A model generated the notes under the pieces. It made no database searches and had not been told where the DNA came from. It saw only the letters and a list, made by a program, of their open reading frames with translations. Made by a program: the position numbers and the translations under genes. Of a DNA stretch of 64,000 bases, positions 1-10,627 are shown piece after piece. Within the stretch, counting starts at the first letter, position 1; every line of letters begins with the position of its first letter. This DNA comes from an uncultured virus (IMG/VR IMGVR_UViG_3300044513_000589) (lineage: Duplodnaviria; Heunggongvirae; Uroviricota; Caudoviricetes): the IMG/VR virus record IMGVR_UViG_3300044513_000589. One strand, written 5' to 3'.

Positions 1-1
1 C

Positions 2-3000
2 TTCACAATCATTCTGCCTTCCGCTAGCACAGATTCTGGTACAGTAACTATCACTGTACCTGCTCCTTGGCAGACACCAAACTCTGTACCTCCCGTAGAT
101 AGAAACGGTGATGGTACTTCTATGATCTTGGCTAACAAGCAACTGATTGCTCAAGAAGCAGTTGCTCGTATGCTTCTGAATAACCCAGGATTTAGTATCC
201 CAACTGGAAACCAGGCATGTATTGATGACGCTATTGACTTCTTGGAAGCAATGGCATATAACCTTGCCTATGGCGGTAACGATCAGGTATATGATGCTGC
301 CAAGTATTATGTTCAAGGTGCTCACGTTGTAGGTGAGGAAGATGAATCGGTAGAGGTCTTTGAACAGGCTAGAGACCTTGCCATTCAGGCAATGCGTAAC
401 GAGACCATTTCTATTCAAGGTAGCCATGGTCTAACTCAGATTAAGGACTTCACCATTAGTCCAGACTCTGCTCAGTCTGGCGTCGGTGATCGCTTTGGTG
501 ATGCTCGTAATCTGATCTATAATAATAAGCAATTCATTGCTGAAATCGCCGTCGGTAGAATGATGGCGAATATTCCTTATGAGATTGTGGACTCCAGACA
601 TATGGATGCCCACGATCTGATTATTGCTAACGTTGATTTCATTGCTGCTGAGGCATATGAAGTTGAGTTGGCTGCTGATCCAACACTGACCACACCAACA
701 GGTGATCCCCAAGATTGTATTGATGACGTTGCTGATGTTCTGAGAGCAATTGCTTTTAACGTCCAGCATGGTAGCAACAACCAAGTCTGGGATGCTGCTA
801 ATCTTTATGTTGGTACTCCTCACCTCGATGGAGAGGAAGCAAAGTCTATCGCTATCATGAACCATGCGAGAGACATTGCTAAACTGGTCATCACTAACAG
901 AACCCATACTAAACTGGGTATCCATGATTTCGATCAGGTATTTGACACTACAATTACCCACGATCAATCTGCTGCTGGTGGTGCTTATAGTGCTGCTGAT
1001 TGTGCTAACGTACAGTCCACTATTGATACTCTCTTTGGTATCGTCACCGATGCTATTCAGAATGACAGCCTGGCTGGTGTCACTAAAACAACTCCTGCTC
1101 CTTTCTCTGTTCCAACTGGAAACCAGGCATGTATCGATGACATCATCAATGTCCTGGAAGTAACTTCTTGGAACACTGCGATGGGTGGTAATGACTTCAC
1201 CTATGATGCTGCCCAACTGTATATTTCTGGTGCTCATGTTGCTGGTGAAGAAAATCATTCTATCTACGCATTCCGCCAAGCCAGAGATATTGCGATTGAG
1301 TGTTTCCAAAACGAACTTGTTTCCGTTGGTGGATACACTAACCTGACTCAGTATAGAGATCTGACCATTACTCAAGATACTGGTCTACCTATCTGTGCCA
1401 ATGTCATCGCAGCATTCACTGCTTTGATGAATATTGTTGAGGTTGCTGTTGATACCAATAGCCTCTCGACTGTCACTAGAACTCTTTCTTACGCAAACCG
1501 CTGTTCTGATACAGCAGCTGCTATTACATCGCTGACCGCTATTGTTACTGGTGCTATCGGTAGCACAGGTTCTCCTGGTAACCTGAATGGTGTTACCAGA
1601 ACCTATCCAGTTGGAGATCAGCAGTGTATCGATGACGTATATCACGTACTCCGTTCTTGGATGTACGATATGCGTTATGGCGGTAACTCCAAGACTATTG
1701 AAGCCGCACGGAAATACCTTCAGGGTACTAGCATCAATTATGTTACCAATGAGGTACCTCAAACTCGTGAGGTATACGAAAAGGCGAAGGATATGTCGAT
1801 CCTTGCCATTCGCAACCAACTTCCTCAAGGTAATTTCTCTCAGATTGCTCCATTCCACAACGCATCTACTACAGTTGATAGCAACCAACCTGAGTGTGGT
1901 GCTTCCATCAACTTCCTGACAGGTCTGTATACAATCCTGGATGATGCGCTTACAACTGCTGGCACATCACTCTCTAGCGTAACTCTTACCGAGCCAAGCT
2001 CCTTGCTGAGAGATGATAGCGGTCTTAAGAGAGTTCCAATGCTCTCTGACAACCTTGACCTTCCTGTCATTGAGGCATCTCCTTACATCCAGAACGCATC
2101 GCTGATTTCGTTCTTGGGTGCGTCTGGTGCTGAAATTGATGGTGCTAAGGTTGCTACTCCAAACGTTCCCCGTCCTGGTGTATTCCTCGATGGTAACGGT
2201 GTTGAGCGTCCTACTTTCCCACCTCAGGGTAAGTCGATGGTTGCCAACGCCTTCACGATCATTTCGGTCAACGGTGGTGTTGGATATAACATTCTGAACG
2301 ATGGTTACACCCAGTTGGTGTCGGTCTTCGTCATCTTTGGTGGTGACGGTGTTATCGTACAGTCTGGTGGTTACGCTTCTCTGACTAACTCTGCTTCTAA
2401 CTTTGGTACTCGTGCTCTGAAGGCAACTGGTTACCGTACTGAGGCTTATGAGTTTGACGTTGGTACTGTAACTCAGGTTAGAAACCAGACAGATAATAAC
2501 GGTGCTCAGACTGGTCGTCAGATCATTGAGGTTGGTGGTCCTATGACCAACTTCCCCGTTGAAGATTACATCATCAAGTTTGATGGATTTGTAAATAGCG
2601 ATCCATCCAAGGAATACTTTATTCTCGGCACCGAGAAACTGTCGGGTTCTATTGGTACCCAGATCACCGCTAACATCACTACTAACGATGGTCTCGGTCT
2701 CGATCTGATCAGAACTTCTGACAATACAAACGTATCGTTCCAGAACGGTAACCTGGATCTGCTGAACAATGCGGTCATCAGACTCCACAGACCTTCGGTA
2801 TGTAACTCCTCCTCCCACACTTGGGAATATGTTGGCGCTGGTGACACCTATAACGCTCTGCCTCAGAACGGTGGTGTTGGTATTCCTGCTAACGAAGCCG
2901 TTGAGGAAGCATACGGTCAGGTCTACACCTCTGGTACTAACGAGTTTGGTGACTTCAAGGTTGGTGACTTTGTTACTATCTTCAACAGAACTGGTAGTAT

Positions 3001-6000
3001 CAGCTTCGTTGGTACTGTTAGTATCTCCGAACTGTCTTCGATTAAGATCGTTGGTGGCTCTATCACCGTTACTGGATTCTCCGATAGTGATGAACTGGGT
3101 GGTGCTTTTGCTTCTGACTCCTTGCTGCCTACACAGGCTGCTGTTAAGGACTACATTACCAACAAACTTGGTCCTTATCTGAACCAGCCATACTCAACCA
3201 ACGCTGTTCCTAGCGCTCTGGTTCAGTTGACTACTAGCGGTAAGATCAACATTGAACAGATCCCCGCTCTGCGTCCTTTCAATATCACATCGGTTACATC
3301 TACCGCTGAGCGTCTCGCGATTGAAGATGCCAGCGCTGGTGACATTGCTATTGAAACAACTTCGACTTCTTTCCAAGTTGCTCCATCTAGCGTCGATATT
3401 GTCAACAACGTCATCACCATTCCATCTCACGGTTTGAATACTGGTGACATCCTGACATATTTCCAAGGCACCTCTAACATCGGTAACCTGGCTGATGGTG
3501 CGAACTACTTTGTAATTCAACATGCTGTTGGTGCTAACACCACCGACTACATTAAGCTTGCTACATCACTTGCTGATGCTCAGGCAGGTACAGAAAGAAA
3601 CCTGACATCTCAAGGTACTGGTACTCATGTTTTGCGTACAGAGGGTGCTGCCATCTCCTACATCCTGGAGAATGACCTTGATACAATGTTTGCTGCGTTT
3701 ACTCCAAACAGTCAGTACGTATTCAACAACAACAGTCTGCTTGTTGGATCTCAGACCACTGCTCAGGTAATCGTCACCAACTACGAAGGTGGTGTTGTAA
3801 GAGACATTCTGATCGATGATCCTGGTTCTGGATACGCTACTGCCCCTGGTATCACCATCGGTGCTCCTCCAAGTGGTGTTCAAGCGACCGCTACTTGTAC
3901 CATCACTAATGGTCAAATAGCATCTGTCACGATTACCAATCCTGGTAGTGGTTACTACACGGCACCTACAGTGTCCTTCACTGGCGCTCCTACTGGTGGT
4001 ACAACTGCTACTGCTCAGGGTAATGCTGCTAGAATCGAAGCCAGACTTTATGTCGATCTCGCTAACAATATCAAACTCTCTGATATTGACTTCCTTCTCG
4101 ATGAAGCAAACATAACTGTAGCAAGTGGTGTCTATACCCACGATACCTTCGATATCACAATTACTGAAACCAATCACGGATTTAGTCAAGGTGATACCGT
4201 TTATCTTGAGTTCACCTCTGGTTCTTCTACCAGTGGATTCTACGCTATTGACACCATTGTCAACGCAAATGAATATACAGTTGTTGCTCAGACAGCACTT
4301 CTGACTTCTGGTAACTACAACAGAAAGAGAATTGTTGATCTTACCAGAGTTGTCAATACCTCTGCTAGCAACGCTCAAAACTGGACTCAGTTGTCCTCCA
4401 CTAACATTGATGCTTCTAACATCGTTGCTGGTGTTATTGACCCACAGCGCTTGGCTGATACTGGCGTCGCTAACTCGTTCACCTTCCTTAGAGGTGATGC
4501 TTCCTTCCAGTATGCTGTTCAGTCGATTAAATTTACTACAGCTGATGTTCTGGTTGGAGAATCTTCAATTCAGGATAATAGCTATATTGAAAGAGTTGAT
4601 ATCATTAACCCTGGTTCTGGATATACCGTTGGTACATACCAGAACATTCCAATGGTCGGTGGTAATGTTCAAATCTCTGAATCTGGGGTCGCCCGTGCGA
4701 CATATACAGTCTCTGACGTTGTAACTGGCGGTATCATTGACAGCGTAAGTAATCTCAACTTTGTTCCTGGATCATATACTCCTAACTCCACATTTGATGT
4801 AGCCGCGTCCAACACTGATGGTGCTGGTCTTGGTGTACAGATTAGATTCCTCACTGATGCCGTCGGTGACATTTCGGTTGACATCATCCTGGATGGTGGT
4901 TCTGGTTACAGTGGTGGTGACACTCTCGAATTTGATGGTCCACTCTTCGGTGGTACTGTTCAGCAGGGTGTAACCTTAACTGTATCTACTCTGACTTCTA
5001 GCACAACATTTGGTGCTATCTCCAGTGTTTCTGTTGTTACTCCTGGTACTGGATATAACTCAGACTTTACTCTGACTGTTCCTAGCGAACTGGGTCAGCC
5101 AGCTGTAGCAGCTAGTTTGACTGCTGTTAAGGGTACACTTTCTCGTTACTACGGTAACACTTCGATTGACCTTCTCAAGGCAAACAACCTTACCCCAACA
5201 ACTCTTCAGGCTGGTGGTTCGGTCTTTGGTAACTATGGTATCGCCAAGTTCCGTAAGCCCGCTGCTGAGCAAGCACTGGCTAACCAAGACCTCGGCGGTT
5301 TCGTTATTACCACTAATGGTGAAGTTACCATTGACCAGGGTCCTGGTTCTAAACTGAACGCTGATAAACTGGATGGTAACGAAGGTTCCTTCTATCAGAA
5401 TGCCACTAACCTCACTGAGGGTATCCTTGATCCTCAGCGTCTGGCAAACACCACCTACAACATCTCGATCTCTGGTACAGCAGACTACTCGAACACTCTG
5501 TTCTGTGAGACTACTGCTCCATCTTCTGCTAACGCTTCCCTGGTTAGTGCTGCTAACGTAGGTACTCAGCTTGCTCTGAGATCCAACTCCGTAACTGGTA
5601 TTCCTACCGATGCGGGTGGTACCAGAGCGGGTGTCCTGACCTTCCGTCGCTCCGCAACTGGTAACTCTGTTGCTCAGTTGGCTTTCTCCGCTACTGACAA
5701 CCTGTACATCAGAGGTAACTCTGACACTGGTACCGTTTATGGTCAGTGGGCGAAGATCTGGCATTCTGAGAATGATGGTGCTCCTGATCCTAACGATCCT
5801 CGTCGTGGCACTCTCCCTGGTCCAGACGCTGATTACCTTGACGGTAAGCAAGGTCTCTGGTTCCAGTCTGGTTACAACATTAATGACCAGAGAACAAATG
5901 GTGTCATTGGTGACACTGCTCTGCCCGAACTCCTGGGTCGCAATAAGTATTTTGCTGACAACCTCTATCTGGTTGCTTCCAGCGAAACTTATGAACTCTA

Positions 6001-7777
6001 TATCCCTGACTACTTCGCTTCTACTGGTACTGCTCCTATTGGCAACTTGGCCAACAACGGAGTCTATACTATCTACTCCGATGAAGCCGCTGTTAACAAC
6101 ATCGGTACAATTACCGTTCTTGCTAATGGTATCACTGAAGTAAATGATTCAACTACTGGATCTGTCTACACGTTGGTCAGAGGTACAATTAACTTTGTTG
6201 GTGCCTTTAGCAATAAAGATATCAAGGTCTTTGGTCCCAACCCTGGTACCAAGTGGACTGTAACTTCTTCCAATCTCCTGACCACTGGCGCAAGTCAAGT
6301 GTTTGCTATGAGCAACACTGCTAACGGTGCTTTGCTTGAGATCGGTAGAACTAACGTTGTTGCCACCCCAACTATTGATTTTAGATCTGGCGCTCTGGCT
6401 GCTGACTATGATGTAAGATTTGAAGTCAGTGGCGGTACCGCACAGGATGGTCAAGGTGTTCTCGAACTTAAGACCAGTTCCTTTACTCTGAACGGCAACA
6501 CTGTATGGCACTCTGGTAATGACGGTGCTACCTCTCAGTTGGACGCACACTATGTTGATGGTTACATCCAGAGCGCTCCTAACACTGCCAATGCTCTGGT
6601 TCGTAGAGACGCTAGCAGCAACATCTTTGTTTCGGATATCACCGCTGACCAGGGTATCTTCGCCAACACTGGTGAATCGATCCTTCAACTTGCTGATGGC
6701 AACGGTATCAACCTTGGTAAGGCAGGCACTAACAACCTGTCCATCAGAGGTAGACAGGACACCAACTCTGGTTACGTCCAGTTTGGTAATGATGGTAAGA
6801 GCCTTGGATTCAATGGAACTCATCTGTCTTACGGCACAATCTACTTCCGTAATGATAGAATTGGTATTGGTGACAGCGACCCAGCTCAAAGTCTGACTTC
6901 TACTGGTAATGCCATCTTCGGTACTACAAGTAGATCTGCTAACACCTTTGTCCGCGCACTCGCAGGCGATAGCAACCAGGCAGGTTTTGAAGCATACGGT
7001 AACAGCCAAGGTACTGGTTACCTGTTCGTAGGTCAGGACAGCGCTTATGGTGGTGGTATTGCCTACAACGGTGACAACTCACCTGCTTCGTTCGGTTCTG
7101 AACAGGGTGACGACATCACCTTCTACAGAAGAAATAATGGTACTGACACGCGTGTCATGAAGTATCGCTACGACGATTCTACTGTACACTTCTTCGGTCA
7201 GATTCGTTCCCGCGTTGCTACTGGTACTGCTCCAGTGAGCACTGACTCTACTACAGTATGTACTAATCTGAATGCTGACCTGCTGGATGGTTATCAGGCA
7301 AACAACCTGCCTTACCTGTCTAGCCAAGTCAATACCTGGATCAACGATGCTGGTGGTCAACCAAGATTCTACTTCTCCAACAACTCTCATACATACTTGA
7401 GAACTGGAGATGACTTCTTCTTCAGAAATGATTCTGACCAGACCTTTGCTTCTTGGGATAATGGCGGTAGATGCCACTTCCACGAGCCAGGTAGCAACAG
7501 CATTCAAACTACCTACAGAGTTCAGATTACTGGCGATAATGGTCTTAACATTAACGCTTCTGAAGGTCTGTCCAGTGGTCAGAAGTCTACGGTTCTTAGA
7601 GCAAGTGGAGACAAGCAATATCTTGACTCCTATGGTATCATTAAGAGAAACCGTAACAACATTGGGGAGAGCATCACCATCAACAATGGTGACTCCTGTG
7701 GATCCTTTGGTCCTATCACTATAAATAGTGGCGTGACCATTCAAGTCGCCTCAGGCGGTGCCTGGGTAATTCTCTAA
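2..7777 (+). CDS. Giant tail fibre / virion structural protein (5'-truncated by the window)
   Basis: The frame is open from base 2 to the ATG at 122, so the gene starts upstream. It has >2551 aa with Cys-containing helical repeats (CIDD), GSGY beta-repeats and fibre motifs (LNADKLDG, DADYLDG, LNADLLDG). It ends in a GPITI..G.TI.V.SGGAWVIL tip motif. Confidence 0.8.
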   Translation, partial: FTIILPSASTDSGTVTITVPAPWQTPNSVPPVDRNGDGTSMILANKQLIAQEAVARMLLNNPGFSIPTGNQACIDDAIDFLEAMAYNLAYGGNDQVYDAAKYYVQGAHVVGEEDESVEVFEQARDLAIQAMRNETISIQGSHGLTQIKDFTISPDSAQSGVGDRFGDARNLIYNNKQFIAEIAVGRMMANIPYEIVDSRHMDAHDLIIANVDFIAAEAYEVELAADPTLTTPTGDPQDCIDDVADVLRAIAFNVQHGSNNQVWDAANLYVGTPHLDGEEAKSIAIMNHARDIAKLVITNRTHTKLGIHDFDQVFDTTITHDQSAAGGAYSAADCANVQSTIDTLFGIVTDAIQNDSLAGVTKTTPAPFSVPTGNQACIDDIINVLEVTSWNTAMGGNDFTYDAAQLYISGAHVAGEENHSIYAFRQARDIAIECFQNELVSVGGYTNLTQYRDLTITQDTGLPICANVIAAFTALMNIVEVAVDTNSLSTVTRTLSYANRCSDTAAAITSLTAIVTGAIGSTGSPGNLNGVTRTYPVGDQQCIDDVYHVLRSWMYDMRYGGNSKTIEAARKYLQGTSINYVTNEVPQTREVYEKAKDMSILAIRNQLPQGNFSQIAPFHNASTTVDSNQPECGASINFLTGLYTILDDALTTAGTSLSSVTLTEPSSLLRDDSGLKRVPMLSDNLDLPVIEASPYIQNASLISFLGASGAEIDGAKVATPNVPRPGVFLDGNGVERPTFPPQGKSMVANAFTIISVNGGVGYNILNDGYTQLVSVFVIFGGDGVIVQSGGYASLTNSASNFGTRALKATGYRTEAYEFDVGTVTQVRNQTDNNGAQTGRQIIEVGGPMTNFPVEDYIIKFDGFVNSDPSKEYFILGTEKLSGSIGTQITANITTNDGLGLDLIRTSDNTNVSFQNGNLDLLNNAVIRLHRPSVCNSSSHTWEYVGAGDTYNALPQNGGVGIPANEAVEEAYGQVYTSGTNEFGDFKVGDFVTIFNRTGSISFVGTVSISELSSIKIVGGSITVTGFSDSDELGGAFASDSLLPTQAAVKDYITNKLGPYLNQPYSTNAVPSALVQLTTSGKINIEQIPALRPFNITSVTSTAERLAIEDASAGDIAIETTSTSFQVAPSSVDIVNNVITIPSHGLNTGDILTYFQGTSNIGNLADGANYFVIQHAVGANTTDYIKLATSLADAQAGTERNLTSQGTGTHVLRTEGAAISYILENDLDTMFAAFTPNSQYVFNNNSLLVGSQTTAQVIVTNYEGGVVRDILIDDPGSGYATAPGITIGAPPSGVQATATCTITNGQIASVTITNPGSGYYTAPTVSFTGAPTGGTTATAQGNAARIEARLYVDLANNIKLSDIDFLLDEANITVASGVYTHDTFDITITETNHGFSQGDTVYLEFTSGSSTSGFYAIDTIVNANEYTVVAQTALLTSGNYNRKRIVDLTRVVNTSASNAQNWTQLSSTNIDASNIVAGVIDPQRLADTGVANSFTFLRGDASFQYAVQSIKFTTADVLVGESSIQDNSYIERVDIINPGSGYTVGTYQNIPMVGGNVQISESGVARATYTVSDVVTGGIIDSVSNLNFVPGSYTPNSTFDVAASNTDGAGLGVQIRFLTDAVGDISVDIILDGGSGYSGGDTLEFDGPLFGGTVQQGVTLTVSTLTSSTTFGAISSVSVVTPGTGYNSDFTLTVPSELGQPAVAASLTAVKGTLSRYYGNTSIDLLKANNLTPTTLQAGGSVFGNYGIAKFRKPAAEQALANQDLGGFVITTNGEVTIDQGPGSKLNADKLDGNEGSFYQNATNLTEGILDPQRLANTTYNISISGTADYSNTLFCETTAPSSANASLVSAANVGTQLALRSNSVTGIPTDAGGTRAGVLTFRRSATGNSVAQLAFSATDNLYIRGNSDTGTVYGQWAKIWHSENDGAPDPNDPRRGTLPGPDADYLDGKQGLWFQSGYNINDQRTNGVIGDTALPELLGRNKYFADNLYLVASSETYELYIPDYFASTGTAPIGNLANNGVYTIYSDEAAVNNIGTITVLANGITEVNDSTTGSVYTLVRGTINFVGAFSNKDIKVFGPNPGTKWTVTSSNLLTTGASQVFAMSNTANGALLEIGRTNVVATPTIDFRSGALAADYDVRFEVSGGTAQDGQGVLELKTSSFTLNGNTVWHSGNDGATSQLDAHYVDGYIQSAPNTANALVRRDASSNIFVSDITADQGIFANTGESILQLADGNGINLGKAGTNNLSIRGRQDTNSGYVQFGNDGKSLGFNGTHLSYGTIYFRNDRIGIGDSDPAQSLTSTGNAIFGTTSRSANTFVRALAGDSNQAGFEAYGNSQGTGYLFVGQDSAYGGGIAYNGDNSPASFGSEQGDDITFYRRNNGTDTRVMKYRYDDSTVHFFGQIRSRVATGTAPVSTDSTTVCTNLNADLLDGYQANNLPYLSSQVNTWINDAGGQPRFYFSNNSHTYLRTGDDFFFRNDSDQTFASWDNGGRCHFHEPGSNSIQTTYRVQITGDNGLNINASEGLSSGQKSTVLRASGDKQYLDSYGIIKRNRNNIGESITINNGDSCGSFGPITINSGVTIQVASGGAWVIL
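7720..7727 (+). promoter_or_regulatory. T4-type late promoter TATAAATA (inside the fibre gene, upstream of the Gly-rich trio)
   Basis: Exact gp55 consensus about 60 nt upstream of the ATG at 7786. Confidence 0.6.
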
Positions 7778-7785
7778 GTAAATCT

Positions 7786-8538
7786 ATGAGTAGGTTATAC
7801 GTAAATAACATCCGCGCTTATAGCGGAAGTACCATTACAATCCCTGCTACCACTGCCCTCTCTCTTGGTGGAGCCAAGATTGATGAGAACTCTGTTCTGC
7901 CCAGTGCTTCTGGGCAGGCAAACAGAGCAGTTGGTAGTGATGGATCGTCCGTGGTATATGACACTTACGGTGCTCAAAGTATCCAAGTTTTCCAGAGTTC
8001 TGGTACCTACACTAAAAGCGCTGGCGTAAATACGGTCCTAGTTAGACTCGTAGGCGGCGGTGGCGGTGGTTCAGGTCATGCTGAATCTGGTGGCGCTGGT
8101 GGATACGCCGAAAGAGTTTGTGATGTGTCTGGAGTAAATACTGTATCCGTTGTCGTTGGACAGGGCGGTGCGGGAACTTATTACTCTGGTAGATCTAGCC
8201 AGGGTGGTTCTACTTCTTTTGGTTCATTTTGTTCTGCTACTGGTGGCGATGGTGCTAATCAGTCATTCCAACATGCTGGTGGACTGGGTGGTATTGGTGC
8301 TGGTGGTGATGTCAATATGTACGGCGGTGGTGGATCTGCTCATGGTAGATACAACGGAGCAGGTGGTTATTCCTTCTTCGGTGGTTGCGCTGCCAGAGGA
8401 CATCCCCGTGGTGGAGACTATTCGAGAAACCACCAAGCCAGATGTGCTCCTGGATCGGGTGGTGCTAATGGCTGGTTCCGTTCCTACCTCGGACCAGATG
8501 GTAAACACGGTATGGTAGTAGTCTGGGAATTCAAGTAA
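7786..8538 (+). CDS. Glycine-rich fibre-associated protein, paralogue 1
   Basis: 250 aa; MS.L.VN.I N-terminus; LVGGGGGGSG..ESGGAGGYAE and other polyglycine motifs; follows the fibre gene. Confidence 0.75.
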   Translation: MSRLYVNNIRAYSGSTITIPATTALSLGGAKIDENSVLPSASGQANRAVGSDGSSVVYDTYGAQSIQVFQSSGTYTKSAGVNTVLVRLVGGGGGGSGHAESGGAGGYAERVCDVSGVNTVSVVVGQGGAGTYYSGRSSQGGSTSFGSFCSATGGDGANQSFQHAGGLGGIGAGGDVNMYGGGGSAHGRYNGAGGYSFFGGCAARGHPRGGDYSRNHQARCAPGSGGANGWFRSYLGPDGKHGMVVVWEFK

Positions 8539-8541
8539 ACA

Positions 8542-9303
8542 ATGTCTATTCTTAAGGTTAATGAATTGAGAGCCCAGTCGGGCAGTAACGTAACCATTCA
8601 AAGTGGTTATAGTCTTCGACTGGGCACTAAGACACTGGATGCTTCTAGTGTCATGCCTTCTCCAGCTGGTCAAAATGGTAAGATCTTGACCAGTAACGGG
8701 TCTACTAGATCATGGACTGAACATGGTGCCGTATCGATGCAGGTATGGACATCCAACGGAACTTGGAGCAGACCTGCTGGCGTAAAGAGAATTCTTGTTA
8801 GACTTTCTGGTGCTGGCGGTGCTGGTTCGGGTGTGGGTGAAGCAGGTGGTGCTGGTGGATACGCCGAAGAAATTATCGACGTTACTGGCATTTCTTCTGT
8901 TTCTATTACCGTTGGGCAACCTGGATCTTGGGGTGGTACTTTCTACTCTGGCGGTGCTGCTAATGGTGGTACCACTTCTTTCGGCAACTATCTGTCTGCC
9001 TCTGGTGGTAACGGTGCCAACCGTAACTTCCAGCACTGTGGAGGACTTCCTGGCGTAGGCTCAGGTGGTCAACTTAACATCTATGGTGGTGGTGGATCTG
9101 GTCACGAGTATTGGGCTGGATATCCTGGTGGCGGATCTTTCTGGGGCGGAGCAGGTGCTTCTGGTCACCCTCGTGGTGGTCACTATGCTTACAATCACCA
9201 ATACAGAGCTGCTCCTGGCAGTGGTGGTTCCCCTGGCTATCACACTTCTACTCGTGGTGCTAGAGGTATGGCAGGTATTGTAGTAGTTTGGAACTTCGCA
9301 TAA
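8542..9303 (+). CDS. Glycine-rich fibre-associated protein, paralogue 2
   Basis: 253 aa, colinear with its neighbours (GGAGGYAEE, FQHCGGL, NIYGGGG, GHPRGG). Confidence 0.75.
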   Translation: MSILKVNELRAQSGSNVTIQSGYSLRLGTKTLDASSVMPSPAGQNGKILTSNGSTRSWTEHGAVSMQVWTSNGTWSRPAGVKRILVRLSGAGGAGSGVGEAGGAGGYAEEIIDVTGISSVSITVGQPGSWGGTFYSGGAANGGTTSFGNYLSASGGNGANRNFQHCGGLPGVGSGGQLNIYGGGGSGHEYWAGYPGGGSFWGGAGASGHPRGGHYAYNHQYRAAPGSGGSPGYHTSTRGARGMAGIVVVWNFA

Positions 9304-9306
9304 ACA

Positions 9307-10062
9307 ATGTCTAATATTCGTATCAATGAACTCGACGCTGCGTCGGGAACTACTATTCTTATCCCCGATGGATACAACCTGTCCCTCGGTGGAACTACTC
9401 TGAACAAGAACTCTATTCCACCCCCACCAGCAGGTAACGCTGGTAAGTTTCTTGTCAGTGACGGAACTTCTGCGTCGTATAAAAATATCGGTCCCTCTAG
9501 TATTCAGACTTTTTATAATAGTTCTACTTGGACTAGACCAGCAGGCATCAACCGTGTCTTGGTTCGTGTCGTAGGTGGTGGCGGTGGTGGATCAGGGCAT
9601 TCCGAATCGGGCGGCGCAGGCGGCTATTCCGAAGAGGTAATCGATGTCCGTGGAATCTCGTCTGTTACTGTTACTGTGGGCAATGGCTCTCAGAGCGGCA
9701 CTTATTATTCTGGTAATGGTGGAGGCGGTCAGACATCCTCGTTCGGAAACTACCTTTCTGCGTCGGGCGGTCTTGGTGCTAACCAGTCTTTCCAACATTG
9801 CGGTGGTCTTGGTGGTTTGGGCTCTGGTGGCAATCTAAACATCTATGGTGGTGGTGGAATTGGTCACATGAACTACATGGGTCATGGTGGCGGTTCTTTC
9901 TTTGGTTGCGGTACTATGAGCGCTCATGGTAACTGGGTACAAGGTACTCGATCCAACCAACTACGTGCTGCTTATGGTGCTGGTGGAACAGCTGGTTATC
10001 AGCGTTCTTATCAAGGTGCCAATGGCATGAAGGGCTGCGTTATTGTTATGGAGTTCGTTTAA
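9307..10062 (+). CDS. Glycine-rich fibre-associated protein, paralogue 3
   Basis: 251 aa, same motif order as paralogues 1 and 2. Confidence 0.75.
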   Translation: MSNIRINELDAASGTTILIPDGYNLSLGGTTLNKNSIPPPPAGNAGKFLVSDGTSASYKNIGPSSIQTFYNSSTWTRPAGINRVLVRVVGGGGGGSGHSESGGAGGYSEEVIDVRGISSVTVTVGNGSQSGTYYSGNGGGGQTSSFGNYLSASGGLGANQSFQHCGGLGGLGSGGNLNIYGGGGIGHMNYMGHGGGSFFGCGTMSAHGNWVQGTRSNQLRAAYGAGGTAGYQRSYQGANGMKGCVIVMEFV

Positions 10063-10064
10063 TT

Positions 10065-10071
10065 CTAAATA
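10065..10071 (+). promoter_or_regulatory. Late promoter variant CTAAATA
   Basis: Intergenic (C)TAAATA about 25 nt upstream of the ATG at 10095. Confidence 0.5.
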
Positions 10072-10094
10072 GTTACCAAGGAATCTAAAGTAAA

Positions 10095-10610
10095 ATGGCT
10101 AAAAGTTGTCTTGTAGATTACAGAGGATTTATTACTGACATCAGAGATGTTGGTGATGAATTTGAAGTATATCAAGGTCCCGATTCTCATATCCGCTGGG
10201 TCATTTGTGATGACGACAACGTGGATAATACTTGGGTCCTTTATAACGGAGAGTTTTTCTCTGGAGATCTTCGCCTGGAACGTAACCAGGATATGAAGCG
10301 TAAGGTCGCATATGGCTCGATCGAAGAGCAACTGGATATGATGTACTGGGATCAGGTCAACGGAACGACCACCTGGAAAGATCATATTGCCTCGATCAAA
10401 TCAGCAGAACCCACTCAGTCTATTGCTGATGCCGATCCTGCTTTCTACGCTGATAAAAGAGAGTTTGAGATGGGTACCGAGGATGCTCCTGCTTGGGAAT
10501 CTCTTCCCGCAGAGAAGCGTCAGAAAGTCACCACCTTTAGGAATGGGACAGTTTACGAAGAGGGCTGGGGTCCTGACCCCGTAACTGGTAGACCTGTTAA
10601 AATCTCCTGA
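10095..10610 (+). CDS. Putative tail-fibre assembly/chaperone-like protein
   Basis: RKVAYGSIEEQLDMMYWDQVNGTTTWKDHIASIK motif typical of small fibre-associated proteins of marine phages; position after fibre genes. Confidence 0.55.
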   Translation: MAKSCLVDYRGFITDIRDVGDEFEVYQGPDSHIRWVICDDDNVDNTWVLYNGEFFSGDLRLERNQDMKRKVAYGSIEEQLDMMYWDQVNGTTTWKDHIASIKSAEPTQSIADADPAFYADKREFEMGTEDAPAWESLPAEKRQKVTTFRNGTVYEEGWGPDPVTGRPVKIS

Positions 10611-10627
10611 GGATATCCATCTAGATT

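Noticed and set aside
7786..10062. Diversity-generating retroelement or invertible cassette behind the Gly-rich trio
   Set aside because: There is no reverse transcriptase or invertase, no near-identical template/variable repeat pair, and all copies are full-length in the same orientation.
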